From assembly GCF_006345805.1 (NCBI RefSeq), contig NC_043019.1, forward strand, positions 23,559,360 to 23,623,359: a DNA stretch of 64,000 bases. The letters are read 5' to 3'. Positions 1 to 11,168 of this stretch are shown one piece after another. The notes beneath the pieces were generated by a model that was not told the DNA's origin, did not search any database, and saw nothing but the letters and a program-made list of their open reading frames with translations. This DNA is from Octopus sinensis. Its lineage: Eukaryota. The position numbers and the translations under genes are program-made. Numbering within the stretch: position 1 is the stretch's first letter; every line of letters starts with the position of its first letter.

Positions 1-849
1 TGCCAATATGCAACCTAACCAATCACAGCCTTCTTATAAGGTCACATGAGAAGTCTCTTCCAAACATCCAGTGATCCGATAGTACTGTATAAAAAGCTAG
101 CTTCAACACCGTCTTTCGGTTCCAGACCTCTTAAGGTCTAACCACTGACCACAGAGCCAGTTCCAGTGACAACACAACAGCAGCCACATGGAGACTTGAC
201 TTCGTCCAGCAGCATTCAGGACTTCCATCTCCATTGCCAACAACATCTCTCTACGTACACAGCCACCAGCAACCGTCACACAGGTTCTATCTCAACACTG
301 TTTGTGTATTACTTCACCATGGCTAACAGCAAATACAACCTGTGAGAGCTCCTGTAACAAGTAACCGTCTCTGCATAGTAGCCACAGCTTCACACATGAC
401 ACGTGCCTCAATTGGTTCCGCATTGCAGCCTCAACTTCTTGTTACTGCACTTCAACTATCGTGTGCCTTGACTATGAACTGGTATTTATCATCCTTGTGT
501 CTGAACATTCTTCTAGCGTCCTATTATAGACTCTTTCAATACTCACTATTTTATTGCACTCACATACACACTTTGTATACATGACAGCCTGTCTATTATT
601 ATGCATATGTGATGCACACAAAGACACACATGTTAACCTATCAATAGAATCTTCTCTTAAACATTCTACCGGTTGTGTCTCTCTTTCCCTTCTGGCACTC
701 ATACTCATTTATATTTATTGTAATCGACCGTGTGGCATACTAAAGGAGCCATTCTCATCACCCCTCCTTTGCACCGTCATTCTACAATTTCTTAGATAGC
801 TGCAGCATGGAAGAGGCATTTAACAACACACAAAACTGTTAAATTCACT

Positions 850-855
850 TTTATT
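850..855 (-). terminator. Candidate REC114 polyadenylation signal AATAAA
   Basis: + strand TTTATT at 850-855, about 205 nt past the REC114 stop. Confidence 0.4.
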
Positions 856-1059
856 TCATGAGGTATGTCAACATACAGTCTCAGATCAAGTACAACTTCA
901 AGATTTCTGAGATACGTAAAAGAAGAGCCTAAGAAAATATTTCTAACAATCTCAGCAGTTAGAATTTAGTTTGTGTGTGTGTGAATGTGTGTGCTCATGT
1001 CAGACTATGTATTCCATAATCCAAAAGCTACTGAATATTCATGCTTTCGGTTCAAAGAA

Positions 1060-1221
1060 CTATTTTTTCAGATTATAAATATGTTGTTCAACTTGATTCA
1101 CAAAAACTGGAAACATTGGATCAGATAGACACAGATGCAGGATTTTATCAAGTCTTTCTTCTTTGAATTTACTTGCCTGATATGCTCTACTCAGTTCTGT
1201 TTGGTCTTGCTTCAGTAAGAT
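1060..1221 (-). CDS. REC114: REC114 terminal exon 6 (ILLKQ...LHLCLSDPMFPVFVNQVEQHIYNLKK*)
   Basis: gtgccag|ATC, TAG at 1062-1060. CLSDPMFPVFVNQVE matches the conserved REC114 C-terminal motif (human LCLMDQNFPAFVEEVE). Confidence 0.9.
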   Translation of the reverse strand: MLLKQDQTELSRAYQASKFKEERLDKILHLCLSDPMFPVFVNQVEQHIYNLKK

Positions 1222-1665
1222 CTGGCACATAGATATATATATATATAAGTAAAGATAGTTTTATTTAAAAAAAAAAGACAAGAAATCTTTCATTTACTTC
1301 TCCACTTACATAAGAACAAAAATATGATTACAACACATAAGACGGGGTGGACTGGTAGACATTAGAGTATTGTAACCAATACTCTGGCTCTCTGTATGCT
1401 GAGTTTAAACTCTGCGAAGGCCAGGTTTACTTTTAATCCCTGGGACTGATAAATAAAATACCAGTCAAATACAATTACTGATTTCTCACCCCTCTCTGTC
1501 TGGCTCTTCTCCCTATCTTTATAGATATATAATGTTAGAACAAGGATCAATTTGTTTGACTAAACCCCTTAAGGTAGTGCCCCAGCATGGCCACCATAAT
1601 TTTGTGGACAAAACAAGAAAGAAAGGGACTGGTTATACTTTCTTCAGTTTTATATAAGCCGTCTC

Positions 1666-1931
1666 TCCTTTGTGTCAACCAGGGTCCATATAGCCCTTGC
1701 AGGTCCACAGGAGGTTTTGTTGTGAAAAATTATCTGCAATAAATTAGTTATACTTCAATAAGACGCAAAATATTTTCACAACTTTTTTTTAACAGTTTCT
1801 AAAAATATTTAATTACAAAAATATAATAGGATTTTTTAAAACATCAAATGGTTACAAGGATCCATCAGAGTGAAACAAGAAATTAGTGGGGGTGGTGGGG
1901 TCCCTAGATAAAAAAGGGTTGAGAACCACTG
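1666..1931. mobile_element. Probable hAT-type MITE, left end degraded
   Basis: Right end GGTTGAGAACCACTG (reverse complement CAGTGGTTCTCAACC); left end only partly similar (...gtcaaccagggtcc). Confidence 0.45.
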
Positions 1932-2872
1932 GTGTAAACAGTTAAAATTGTAAGGCATATATATATATATAATACATATATACCTAATTAAATTACTATA
2001 TGTTGAAGTAACCATATTAGCTTATAAAAAGCAATAAACATATAGCGTATGACATGACTGAAATTTATCTTTGCTCCTCTGTAAACTGTTAATATTTTCA
2101 TAAATCTTATTCCCTACTGAAAATCTTCCAGAGGTTTAATATGTTACAGATGTTTTGTTAATATATCACAGATGGGTTATGTTATAACCATTTGCCATCT
2201 GTTTCATTTGTAACTTTACTTTCAGTACAAATGCAACTCTTCCTTTCTACTCTCTTCCTCAGTTCATTTCACCTGATTCTTAATTCCTTTCATTGCATCC
2301 ATCTTCTCACTTCTCATAGTCAACAAAATCTGCATCAGAAATTTTTTGTAATTAAAGAAAAAAAAGAAAGAAGAAACCACAAGACTGGAGCCTGGTGCAG
2401 CCTTCTGGCTTCCCAGATCCCTGGTCGAACTGTCCAACCCATGCTAGCATGGAGAACGGACGTTAAACGATGATGATGATGATGATGATGATGATATATG
2501 AGAGAGAGGGTACGTACGCGGTTATATATATTATATGTATAAAAATACAAACTGGGACAAGAACGCAAAACATTTAGGAGACGATACAAAAAACACGGAC
2601 AGGACATTCGAAGCCTTCAATCTTCAGTCAAGAATCGGATCATCCTCGCAATTTTGGCTGATTAATCTTGAGGTTGCTCCAATCTGGCTAGCCCCAAGGA
2701 AAAACTAAGCTAAGTGCATTAGATTCCTTGGAAGAAAGCTTCAAATGTATACAAAACAAGGACGGAAAAACGGACGATGTTACACAAATATGAATACAAA
2801 AATAATACGTAAAAACATATATATATTAAAACCTGACTGTTTAAGAAAATAAAAATTGATTCCAAAATTTAC

Positions 2873-2941
2873 TTCAGCTATTTTATCAACTGTGACTTCT
2901 TCATGAGTTGTGGTAGCTAATGCGGTATTGGCATCAAAACC
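2873..2941 (-). CDS. REC114: REC114 exon 5 (GFDANTALATTTHEEVTVDKIAE)
   Basis: ttttcag|GGT...GAA|gtaaat, 69 nt, phase 0/0. VTVDKIAE|ILL parallels recalled human TSLTQLAQ|TLL. Confidence 0.78.
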
Positions 2942-3550
2942 CTGAAAATATAATGGTTCAAATATAGAAAATTATTTCAATCAATGGTAAGCTGAGCTAT
3001 CCAACAACTTTCATTCTAGTGGTTAGTGATGTGCTACATATGGAGTGGTTGCAAAGGAACATCTATGCAATGTGTAGCAGCGATTCACAACTGAATCACT
3101 TGGTAGGCAAACAGACATTCACGACCAAACCATAGTAGTTTCATGTGATCAGCCTATTAAATGATCAATCAATGTGCAGCCATCACATGATTTGATTTTC
3201 TAGAACTCTCTCTTTGTGCCCTATATAAAGGTGGTTTTTGGTGGTAATCACAAAATGGTGAGGCAGCCACATGATGTCTCCATTCTCATCACCACATCCA
3301 GTTGATTAAGACAAACGGCAGACAGTAGAGAAGAATTTTCATTGCCACAAATATTGTGCAATTACTTTTCGGTTGTGATGGACCAACCACAAATTGCTAT
3401 ACCAGTTAACTCATCATAAATCCCAAGCAATGTCTCTCTCTCCCAGAATGTAATTATTGCTGTTAGTATTTGTTAAAAGACCAACACAGAAAATACTATG
3501 TACAATAAATAAATACCCTCTGTTAATTGTTCACAAGTGTTTTTAGTTAC

Positions 3551-3936
3551 TTACTCTTTACTCTTTTACTTGTTTCAGTCATTTGACTGTGGCCATGCTG
3601 GAGCACCGCCTTTAGTCGAGCAAATCAACCCCGGGACTTATTCTTTGTAAGCCCAGTACTTATTCTATCGGCCTCTTTTGCCAAACCGCTAAGTGACGGG
3701 GATGTAAACACACCAGCATCGGTTGTCAAGCAATGCTAGAGGGACAAACACAGACACACAAACACATACATATATACGACAGGCTTCTTTCAGTTTCCGT
3801 CTACCAAATCCACTCACAAGGCTTTGGTCGGCCTGGGGCTATAGCAGAAGACACTTGCCCAAGATGCCACGCAGTGGGACTGAACCCGGAACCATGTGGT
3901 TGGTTAGCAAGCTACTTACCACACAGCCACTCCTGC
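3551..3936 (-). mobile_element. SINE family C (tRNA-like head GCAGGAGTGGCTGTGTGGTAAG, internal TA/CA tract, (AAAGAGTA)n-like tail)
   Basis: Full length in REC114 intron 4; further copies at about 14528-14840, 32983-33345 and 62181-62440. Confidence 0.85.
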
Positions 3937-4326
3937 GCCACTACTTGTTCATATGGCCCGAGAAATACATTTTCATTCCCTAACTCAACAGAAACCACAG
4001 CAGTATTTGATAAAATGCCCACATGACACACACATATATACCTACAATCTTCTCTGTAAATCTGCCCATGATTTCGCACCATCTCTTGTGGCAGTATTTC
4101 TACCCCTGTTTACTGATATTTGGAGTTCTAAGGAAATTAGGGAGTTTATAAGCTTTCTCAGTTATTTAAAACGGTGTTCAGAACTTGGACACTGCATGTT
4201 CTTCTCTCAAATTTTGCTGGGTGACATCTTTGGCTAATGTTTTCTATCAGAATTCAGGTTGACTAAAACCTTGTGAGTGAAATTCAGTAGATGGAAACGG
4301 TGCAGAAACATATTATCTGATGTGTG

Positions 4327-4361
<35 letters not shown>

Positions 4362-5045
4362 ATACATTGTTGTTTTAATGTCTACATTTTATATGATGTA
4401 TAATTAATGTTGTATCAATCCTTTTGGAGTGGTGTTGATATGTACAGAGGTTGATAGTATTGGCTAACCCCCTCCCATTAAAATTGCTGGCCTTGTGCCT
4501 TAATTAGAAACCATTATTATTATTATTATTATTATTAATAATAATATTACTATCATCATTAGGGTGGCAAGCTGGCAGAATTGTTAGCACACCAGAGAAA
4601 ATGCTTAGCAGCAGTCCTTATATTCTGAGTTCAAATTCCCCTGAGGTTGACTCTACCTTTCATCTTTTTTATGGTCGATAAAGTGAACACCAGTTGAGCA
4701 CTGGTATTGATGATATTTCAGGCCATCTACCTCTAACAGAAAGGATTATTATTATTAGGCAGCATGTTGACAGAGCTTTTAGAGCAATTTCACATTTTGA
4801 ATTCAAATCCTGCTGAGGTTAAATTTTTTGCCTCCCCGTCACCTAAACTCCAGGCTTTGTGCCTATAGTAGAAAAGATTATTATTATTATTAGGGTGGCA
4901 AGCTGTCAGAATCCTTAGCATGCCAGACAAAATGCTTAGCAGTATTCCATCCATCTTTACATTCAAATTCTGCCGTAATTTTGATGCTATTGTGAGTGGA
5001 GTTGCAAAGTTTTTAATTACAGGAATAGAAATTAATATGACTTAC

Positions 5046-5189
5046 CTTGGCTATGTATTCTGCATGGCTGTTATACAATTGTTTTATAGTGAAAAACCTT
5101 GCTAAAGTTGCTACACTATGAAGACAGGATTCTTCACCACTCTTGTTATTGTTCACAGAAAACTTTATTTTGAAACGGCGAATGCAGTT
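5046..5189 (-). CDS. REC114: REC114 exon 4 (NCIRRFKIKFSVNNNKSGEESCLHSVATLARFFTIK...AK)
   Basis: tttacag|AAC...AAG|gtaag, 144 nt, phase 0/0. Matches the recalled SRLFRVQF...CCSCVQKLAQYITVQ block of the PH domain. Confidence 0.88.
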
Positions 5190-5636
5190 CTGTAAATGTA
5201 TAACAAAACTAGAAAATGTGAATTAAATTTAATGTGTTATTTGACGAGTTGTTAATTAGAAAAAAACTGTTATTGACAAACGGATAGTGTTTGTAATTCT
5301 GTATAGAGGGCTTTGTTTAAGTCCATCTCTGCTGTGCCACAACAAACTGCTTACCAAAGTAAAACAGCAGTCACAGACAAACCCTCACTTCTCTTGGCCT
5401 TTATCAACTGAATAACCAAGTCAAAATGTAATTACACACAAGACATTTTATCATAAAGACAACCACTTCTCAACACAGAAAATGTAGCCATGCTAAATAA
5501 TCTTCACCACATGACCATTGTCTTAGGCCCTTTTATAAAACATTCTTTTCAGTTAAAAAATTGGAATTTATTTAATAGTATTGCTTCAATGGAAAATTTG
5601 ATGTATTTAATTTTAACAACTTGGTATGCAATTTAA

Positions 5637-5857
5637 CTCTTTAGTGTTCAGATAATTCTGTCAAATGTGATGTTTGTTTATTTAAAATGGTTTGAATTAA
5701 TCATGCATTATCTTGTAGTTTAGAGATTTCAGTGATGTGGTTTTTTTAGTTTTAGATCGATATGGTAGGGCTGAGGTGAGTGGCAAGATCTGGTCAGTTT
5801 CAATATAAAACAGGTTAAATATTTTGGCCAGATATGGCCGGTTTGAATGCTAAAGGG
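5637..5857. mobile_element. piggyBac-type MITE in REC114 intron 3
   Basis: TTAA|CTCTTTAGTGTTCAGA...TTTGAATGCTAAAGGG|TTAA: TTAA TSD and CCCTTTAG-like TIRs. Confidence 0.7.
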
Positions 5858-6416
5858 TTAAATAACACAAAACAATAATATATTTCTCTGGTTACCAGTT
5901 TAGTTATCTGGTTCTCAGTTTAATTTCACAAAGGAAGAAATTATGAAATATTTTATAATGTTACTAAATATCTGGATAAGCTTATGATTGGCCCTATAAC
6001 AAACCTTTCACTAGAAGAGTCCACTACTTGAGAGAACCACAGAGAGAGGTACTTGTGCAATTAAGGGGAAATCACTGATGATGGTGTTACTTTTATATGA
6101 TAATCAATGCTATTTTGTTTTCTTCACCCTGCAACATTATTCAGATTTTGTTCCACCTGGCCTTGGGCTGCCTTTTGCATAATTTATTCCATTACAAGAG
6201 TCTGGCATAGAGCCCTTCTTCTCCGATCCCTTTCCATACAATATTCTGAATATCCTGAAGATATTCAGGTTAAGCATTAGTCTGATAAGGCTTGCCATGA
6301 CTGTAGCTATTACTCCACTAATCCTGACTGACTTAAATGTACACATACAAGAAATGTTTATAATATATATATACAAAAGAAGCAACAACAAGGACATTGA
6401 ATACAATACTTACTTC

Positions 6417-6651
6417 TTATTCCTTTACTACCCACAAGGGGCTAAACACAGAGGGGACAAACAAGGAGAAACAAATGGATTAAGTCGATTATATTGAGCC
6501 CAGTGCGTAACTGGTACTTGTTTAATCGACCCCGAAAGGATGAAAGGCAAAGTCGACCTTGGCGGAATTTGAACTCAGAACATAGCAGCAGACGAAATAC
6601 CACTAAGCATATCGCCCGGTGTGCTAACGTTTCTGCCAGCTCGCCGCCTTC
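6417..6651 (-). mobile_element. SINE family B inserted at the REC114 exon 3 donor
   Basis: Head GGCGGCGAGCTGGCAGAAACG; 15-bp TSD TACAATACTTACTTC at 6402-6416 and 6652-6666. Confidence 0.9.
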
Positions 6652-6663
6652 TACAATACTTAC

Positions 6664-6750
6664 TTCCGTTAATTGATTTACAAACAACATGCAGTCAGCA
6701 GAAAAAAATACAGTTATATTGCTTGATCCTCCGACAACAGCATGGTTTTC
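6664..6750 (-). CDS. REC114: REC114 exon 3 (ENHAVVGGSSNITVFFSADCMLFVNQLTE)
   Basis: tttccag|GAA...GAA|gtaagt, 87 nt, phase 0/0. DCMLF corresponds to REC114 DCLLF. Confidence 0.85.
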
Positions 6751-6920
6751 CTGGAAAGTAATGGTATATTATTAAGTAATAGTTATATGTATGTTAATGC
6801 TGTATAATTAATAAATATCATCTATCTTTGGATCGGTCTAACCATATTTGTAAATATGTGTTATGTTTGTGTGTTACGATGAATATGCATCAAAATCAAA
6901 ATCAAAATCGATCAACATCA

Positions 6921-7260
6921 ATGGAAATTGCAGCTGTGATACCAGTGCCGGTGGTACGTAAGAGAACCATCCGAACGTGGCCATTGCCAGTGCCGCCCCG
7001 ACTGGCCTCGAGCCAGTGGCACGTAAAAAGCACCATCCGATTGTGGCTGTTTGCCAGCTTCGTCTGGCACGTAAAAGCATCCACTACACTCACAGAGTGG
7101 TTGGCGTTAGGAAGGGCATCCAGCCATAAAAAACATTGCCAGATCAGATTGGGCCTGGTGCAGCCTTCTGGCTTCCCAGACCCCAGTTGAAGCGTCCAAC
7201 CCATGCTAGCATGGAAAGCGGATGCTAAACGATGATGATGATGATGATATGATGATGATT
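6921..7260 (+). mobile_element. Retroposon family D (internal GGCACGTAAAAAGCACC repeats, (GAT)n tail)
   Basis: Ends ...CCCATGCTAGCATGGAAAGCGGATGCTAAAC(GAT)n; other copies at 2382-2495, 11795-11939, 16139-16402, 17645-18063 and 18306-18645. Confidence 0.8.
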
Positions 7261-7291
7261 GCTGCTTCTTTACAGAAGGCCATCTCTTCAA

Positions 7292-7607
7292 TTAATAAAT
7301 CCTGTCATGAGATCTTATGTGACTAGCAAGTCCTGTTCTTGACAAACAAACTCTACTGCAGATCTTGCAAATATTTCTAAGCAGAAAAGTGTCAGGGATT
7401 GTAGTTAAGTCCTGTCTACGAAGTGTTTGTTTCAAGATAGATTGTTCAATTCTTTGAGCTTTAAATGCTTTACATCTATTGTAGATCATTTGTTTCCAAA
7501 CCTATTGATCTTGTGTCATCTGCTCCCAGTCTTCCCCTTTCACATTAATAGCCTTAAGGTAGCTTTTGACAGCATCCCTAAAACGTTTCTTAGGTTTATG
7601 TCTCAGA
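7292..7607 (-). mobile_element. RTE-clade LINE 3' fragment in REC114 intron 2
   Basis: KPKKRFRDAVKSYLKAINVKGEDWEQMTQDQ*VWKQMI...ICKICSRVCLSRTGLASHIRSH: RTE C-terminus with CCHH zinc knuckle and an internal stop. Confidence 0.8.
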
Positions 7608-7829
7608 CATACACACACACACACAACTATACATACATACACACATATATGCCTACATATATATAGTTGTGGGGCTTGGGTGTGTGGCTAAGAAGTTTGA
7701 TTCTCAACCGCATGGTTTCAGGTTTAGTCCTATAGTGAGACATCCTGGGCAAGAGTGTCTTCTATGATGGCCCTAGGGTGATTCTAGCCTTGCAAAGAGA
7801 TTTGGTAGACAAATTAAAAGATGCCAATC

Positions 7830-7842
7830 ATGTATGTAAGTT

Positions 7843-7874
<32 letters not shown>

Positions 7875-8042
7875 TGTATGTATGTATGTATGTATGTATG
7901 TATGTATGTATGTATGATGTATGTATGTATGTATATATGTACATATGTATATATGTATTTGTGTATGTATATATGTATTTATGTATGTATGTATGTATAT
8001 ATGTATATATGTATGTATTTGTGTATGTATGTATGTATGTAT
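7830..8042. repeat. (TATG)n microsatellite
   Basis: Directly visible. Confidence 0.95.
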
Positions 8043-8374
8043 GTTTGGGGGTCGATAAAATAAGTGCCAGTTGGCTATCCCACTCCCTCGAAATTACAGC
8101 CCTTGTACTCATAGTAGAAGGGATTATTTTGGTAGGGAACAGGACTAGGGAACTTTGCTTTTATTTATTCAAATATTTGTATTTCAAACATGTGGTATTC
8201 CATGGTGACCAGTTCGCATGTTACTAATGAAATTACAAATGTTCAAGATTTGTCTCTTTTGGTTTGAACATTTTAATGTAAATTTTGTTTAACAATATTA
8301 CAATACTTATCGGAATAGAATTTCCAATATTTATATGAACACTGGATAAATAAAATACTTTAAAGTTTACTTAC

Positions 8375-8461
8375 TAAAATAGTGTTATTCTGTGTTACAG
8401 TCAAATGTGAGGAATTCTCTAAAGAAAGCTTGATTTGTTTTGTTGGTGTTGAAAAGAAATA
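8375..8461 (-). CDS. REC114: REC114 exon 2 (YFFSTPTKQIKLSLENSSHLTVTQNNTIL)
   Basis: ttaatcag|TAT...TTA|gtaagt, 87 nt, phase 0/0. Aligns positionally to recalled human VFDSNEESGYLVLTIVISGHFFIFQGQTLL. Confidence 0.8.
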
Positions 8462-8799
8462 CTGATTAATAAAATAAAATATAAAAAAACAATTAATTTT
8501 GAGCAATGAAAATAATCGACAGTATAACACCCTGCCCCCCACCATACACATCACAAACAAGCTCTCTCTCTCACACACACATCGGTTATGGCTCTTTCTC
8601 CACTGACAATGATGCTGGCAATAACATTGGTGCCAAGTTGTAACAGCATACATTGGGTGCCTTGTCCTTGGCTCAACATCAGTGACACGGAACAAGGAGA
8701 CTTGTATGCATGGGAAACTGCCAGTCTTGCTCAAAAAAATCATGCATAAACCTGTACATATACATGATCAACCTTAACTAATGGAGGCCCAAGAACATA

Positions 8800-9178
8800 C
8801 ACTTGCGTCAGAAATTAATTAGCACTTCTCAAATTTCTACATTAAATAGGTTAAATCAATTAACCTATGAGCTGTTCAAAACGTCTTATGCGTGAGAAAA
8901 CTTAGTATGGTGTGATTTCGGTCCTTGCGAGGCGCTACCTATATCTATTAAACAAAGGAAGATTTGTCTGCATCCGCACTCCAAGTTGTTGTTGCACTGC
9001 TATGTCAACATCATAAGGCTGTAGACTCTCAAACTGCTCTGCAAACAAAGTTATGTCATCGTTCTGCGCAACAGTGAACTTGCAACAAAGCAATAGTTCG
9101 AGATATGGCCACTAGGTGACAGCACATACCTTGAGTGAAGAGCAAATCAAGGGTGCTAATTAATTTCTGACGGTAGTG
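8800..9178. mobile_element. Tc1/mariner-type MITE in REC114 intron 1
   Basis: TA|CACTTGCGTCAGAAATTAATTAGCAC...GTGCTAATTAATTTCTGACGGTAGTG|TA: 26-bp TIR with 2 mismatches, TA TSD. Confidence 0.8.
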
Positions 9179-9355
9179 TATGTCATTAAAGTGTTTCATA
9201 TATTTCATTTTACTGTATTTTAACGTGTATAAGGAACTCCCTAATTTTGGGGGCTTAAATTTGGAAAAAAAGTTTTGTAAAGCATTATAATACTATCCAT
9301 GTATAAGAAACTCCCATATTTCTTTAACTTAATTTTTGACAAAAAAGGGTTCCTT

Positions 9356-9457
9356 ATGTTCAACTACAGTATATGTTCAACTACAGTATATATGTTCAAC
9401 TACAGTATATGTTCAACTACAGTATATATATTCAACTACATGTTCAACTACAGTATA
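9356..9457. repeat. Minisatellite ATGTTCAACTACAGT(AT)n, about 5 copies
   Basis: Directly visible 17-19-bp tandem units. Confidence 0.85.
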
Positions 9458-9823
9458 TTTGGTGGTATCAGGCCCAATATAACCACAAACTGATATTCAC
9501 ATAATATGGCTTTCTAAAACAACAACAACAACAACACTATCCAACACTGAAGGCTTATAACATGCAATTAAGTGGGTGGTAAAAATCTAATTATTTTATA
9601 TTAATTAGTTTAGATTTTAACTTTAGCACTCACCAAATTACCTTCCAATACTCCAGCATAGTCCTGAGACAAATTTATAGTTTAATTAACCTGTTTGAAT
9701 GATCACAAATCTAGAACATTGAGTCAATTTTGAATCAGATAAGAGAGTTAAAAACAGTTTTGTTTCTCAGTGAAGGCAACTCATCGAGGATTGGGTGTCC
9801 TTGAATTACTATTTTAGGGGAAT

Positions 9824-10203
9824 GGAGGCGCAATGGCCCAGTGGTTAGGGCAGCGGACTCGCGGTCATAGGATCACGGTTTCGATTCCCAGACCGGGCGT
9901 TGTGAGCGTTTATTGAGCGAAAACACCTAAAGCTCCACGAGGCTCCGGCAGGGGATGGTGGTGATCCCTGCTGTACTCTTTCACCACAACTTTCTCTCAT
10001 TCTTACTTCCTGTTTCTGTTGTACCTGTATTTCAAAGGGCCGGCCTTGTCACTCTCTGTGTCACGCTGAATATCCCCGAGAACTACATTAAGGGTACACG
10101 TGTCTGTGGAGTGCTCAGCCACTTACACGTTAATTTCATGAGCAGGCTGTTCCGTTGATTCGGATTAAAGGAACCCTCGTCGTCGTAACCGACGGAGTGC
10201 TTC
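9824..10203 (+). mobile_element. SINE family A (tRNA-Arg-like head), full length, REC114 intron 1
   Basis: Head GGAGGCGCAATGGCCCAGTGGTTAGGGCAGCGGACTCGCGG...GGTTTCGATTCCC with A/B-box-like motifs. Confidence 0.8.
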
Positions 10204-10397
10204 CGATCCGATTTTAGGGGAAAAGGAACTATTTAACCCTGGCAGATGACCCCATTTAGTTCCAGTAGTGCAATAAATGTCCCCATCACATGCTGTCAAG
10301 TGCTTTGTGATGTCATAAAAACCATATATTACACTATTACAAAGACTGAAAGAAGAAAGCATTAGAATAACTGCAGTTAATTTTATTTATAAAATAC

Positions 10398-10517
10398 CTT
10401 CCAGATGCCATTTAGTTCAAGATTATTTTCATCTAAATTTCCTGGATTGGTGTTACTGGTATTCTGATATCGAGCATAACATTCAATATTCCAATAGGGA
10501 TATCCAACAGTAGACAT
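10398..10517 (-). CDS. REC114: REC114 meiotic recombination protein, coding exon 1 (MSTVGYPYWNIECYARY...NGIWK)
   Basis: ATG at 10517, 120 nt, ends AAG|gtattt. W-x-[IL]-x-x-Y-[AG]-R-[YF] and the terminal WK match the recalled vertebrate REC114 N-terminus (WPLQRYGRF...TWK). A pyrimidine tract and AG just upstream of the ATG suggest an unseen 5' UTR exon. Confidence 0.85.
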
Positions 10518-10841
10518 TCTGGTCTAGTAGTTTGAAAGAAAAAGTAATTAAAAGGAGTGGTCATTTTCAGAAAGTCTGAGACAAGTTATGAAAATTCCAG
10601 TTGAATGTCTCTTATCAAAATAAATCAATAAATTTAGTTCTTTTATTATTTCCACCATAGAGCCTATCCATATTCCTTTAATGGGGAAAAGTATTGCAAT
10701 TTACTTGAAAGATTGCAAAATGTGGAAATGAAATGAACGTTTGCAAAAACCTTTGAACAGGTGAGGAAAAAGAAAATATGTAAAGGTGACATCAATATAT
10801 AAAAACAATGAGAAAAGGGATTGCCTAACTTTACATAGATT

Positions 10842-11168
10842 TTGAGAGCTCAAAATCTCTCGTGGAAGCGCCATCCAACCAAAATGCAAATATATGGGAA
10901 ACTACCACCTGTGTCATCTCTTGTGAAAGGTAGGAGAGTCCAGTTTGCTGGACATTGTTGTAGAGCTGAAAACGAGGCAATTTCTACTCTTCTCCTCTGG
11001 AAGCCATCTACTCGCGATACCAGAGGGCGCACACTCTCCTACCCTGATGTAATCTCCAGGGATACAGGCATCCAGCAACAGGACCTCCGTAATGCCATGA
11101 TGGACCGTGAAGTCTGGCGTAGCATGGTAAATTCCATTGTCTCGACCACGGTCGAACAATGATGATGA
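10842..11168 (+). mobile_element. 5'-truncated RTE-like LINE with (TGA)n tail
   Basis: HPTKMQIYGKLPPVSSLVKGRRVQFAGHCCR...DLRNAMMDREVWR; 11-bp TSD TTACATAGATT at 10831-10841 and 11169-11179. Confidence 0.85.

Noticed and set aside
2273-2329. Possible 57-nt in-frame exon ILLTMRSEKMDAMKGIKNQ in REC114 intron 5
   Set aside because: It would interrupt the conserved IAE|ILL helix and has no homology support; only RNA data could rescue it.
2600-2640. Minus-strand CTGAAGA...TTCGAATGTC as a hammerhead
   Set aside because: GAAA is incomplete and stem I does not pair.
5354-5407. AG/GT-bounded segment LIKAKRSEGLSVTAVLL in REC114 intron 3
   Set aside because: It ends in phase 2, incompatible with exon 4, and has no similarity to REC114.
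6921-7110. CRISPR-like repeat-spacer pattern in family D
   Set aside because: The inter-repeat segments are similar to each other, the context is a eukaryotic retroposon, and no cas genes are present.
9270-9345. Minus-strand LKKYGSF as REC114 exon 1
   Set aside because: No ATG or donor fit; 10398-10517 gives a better motif match and the correct phase.
9824-9900. tRNA-Arg gene (and other tRNA-like heads)
   Set aside because: No closed acceptor stem or Pol III terminator; each continues into a SINE body.
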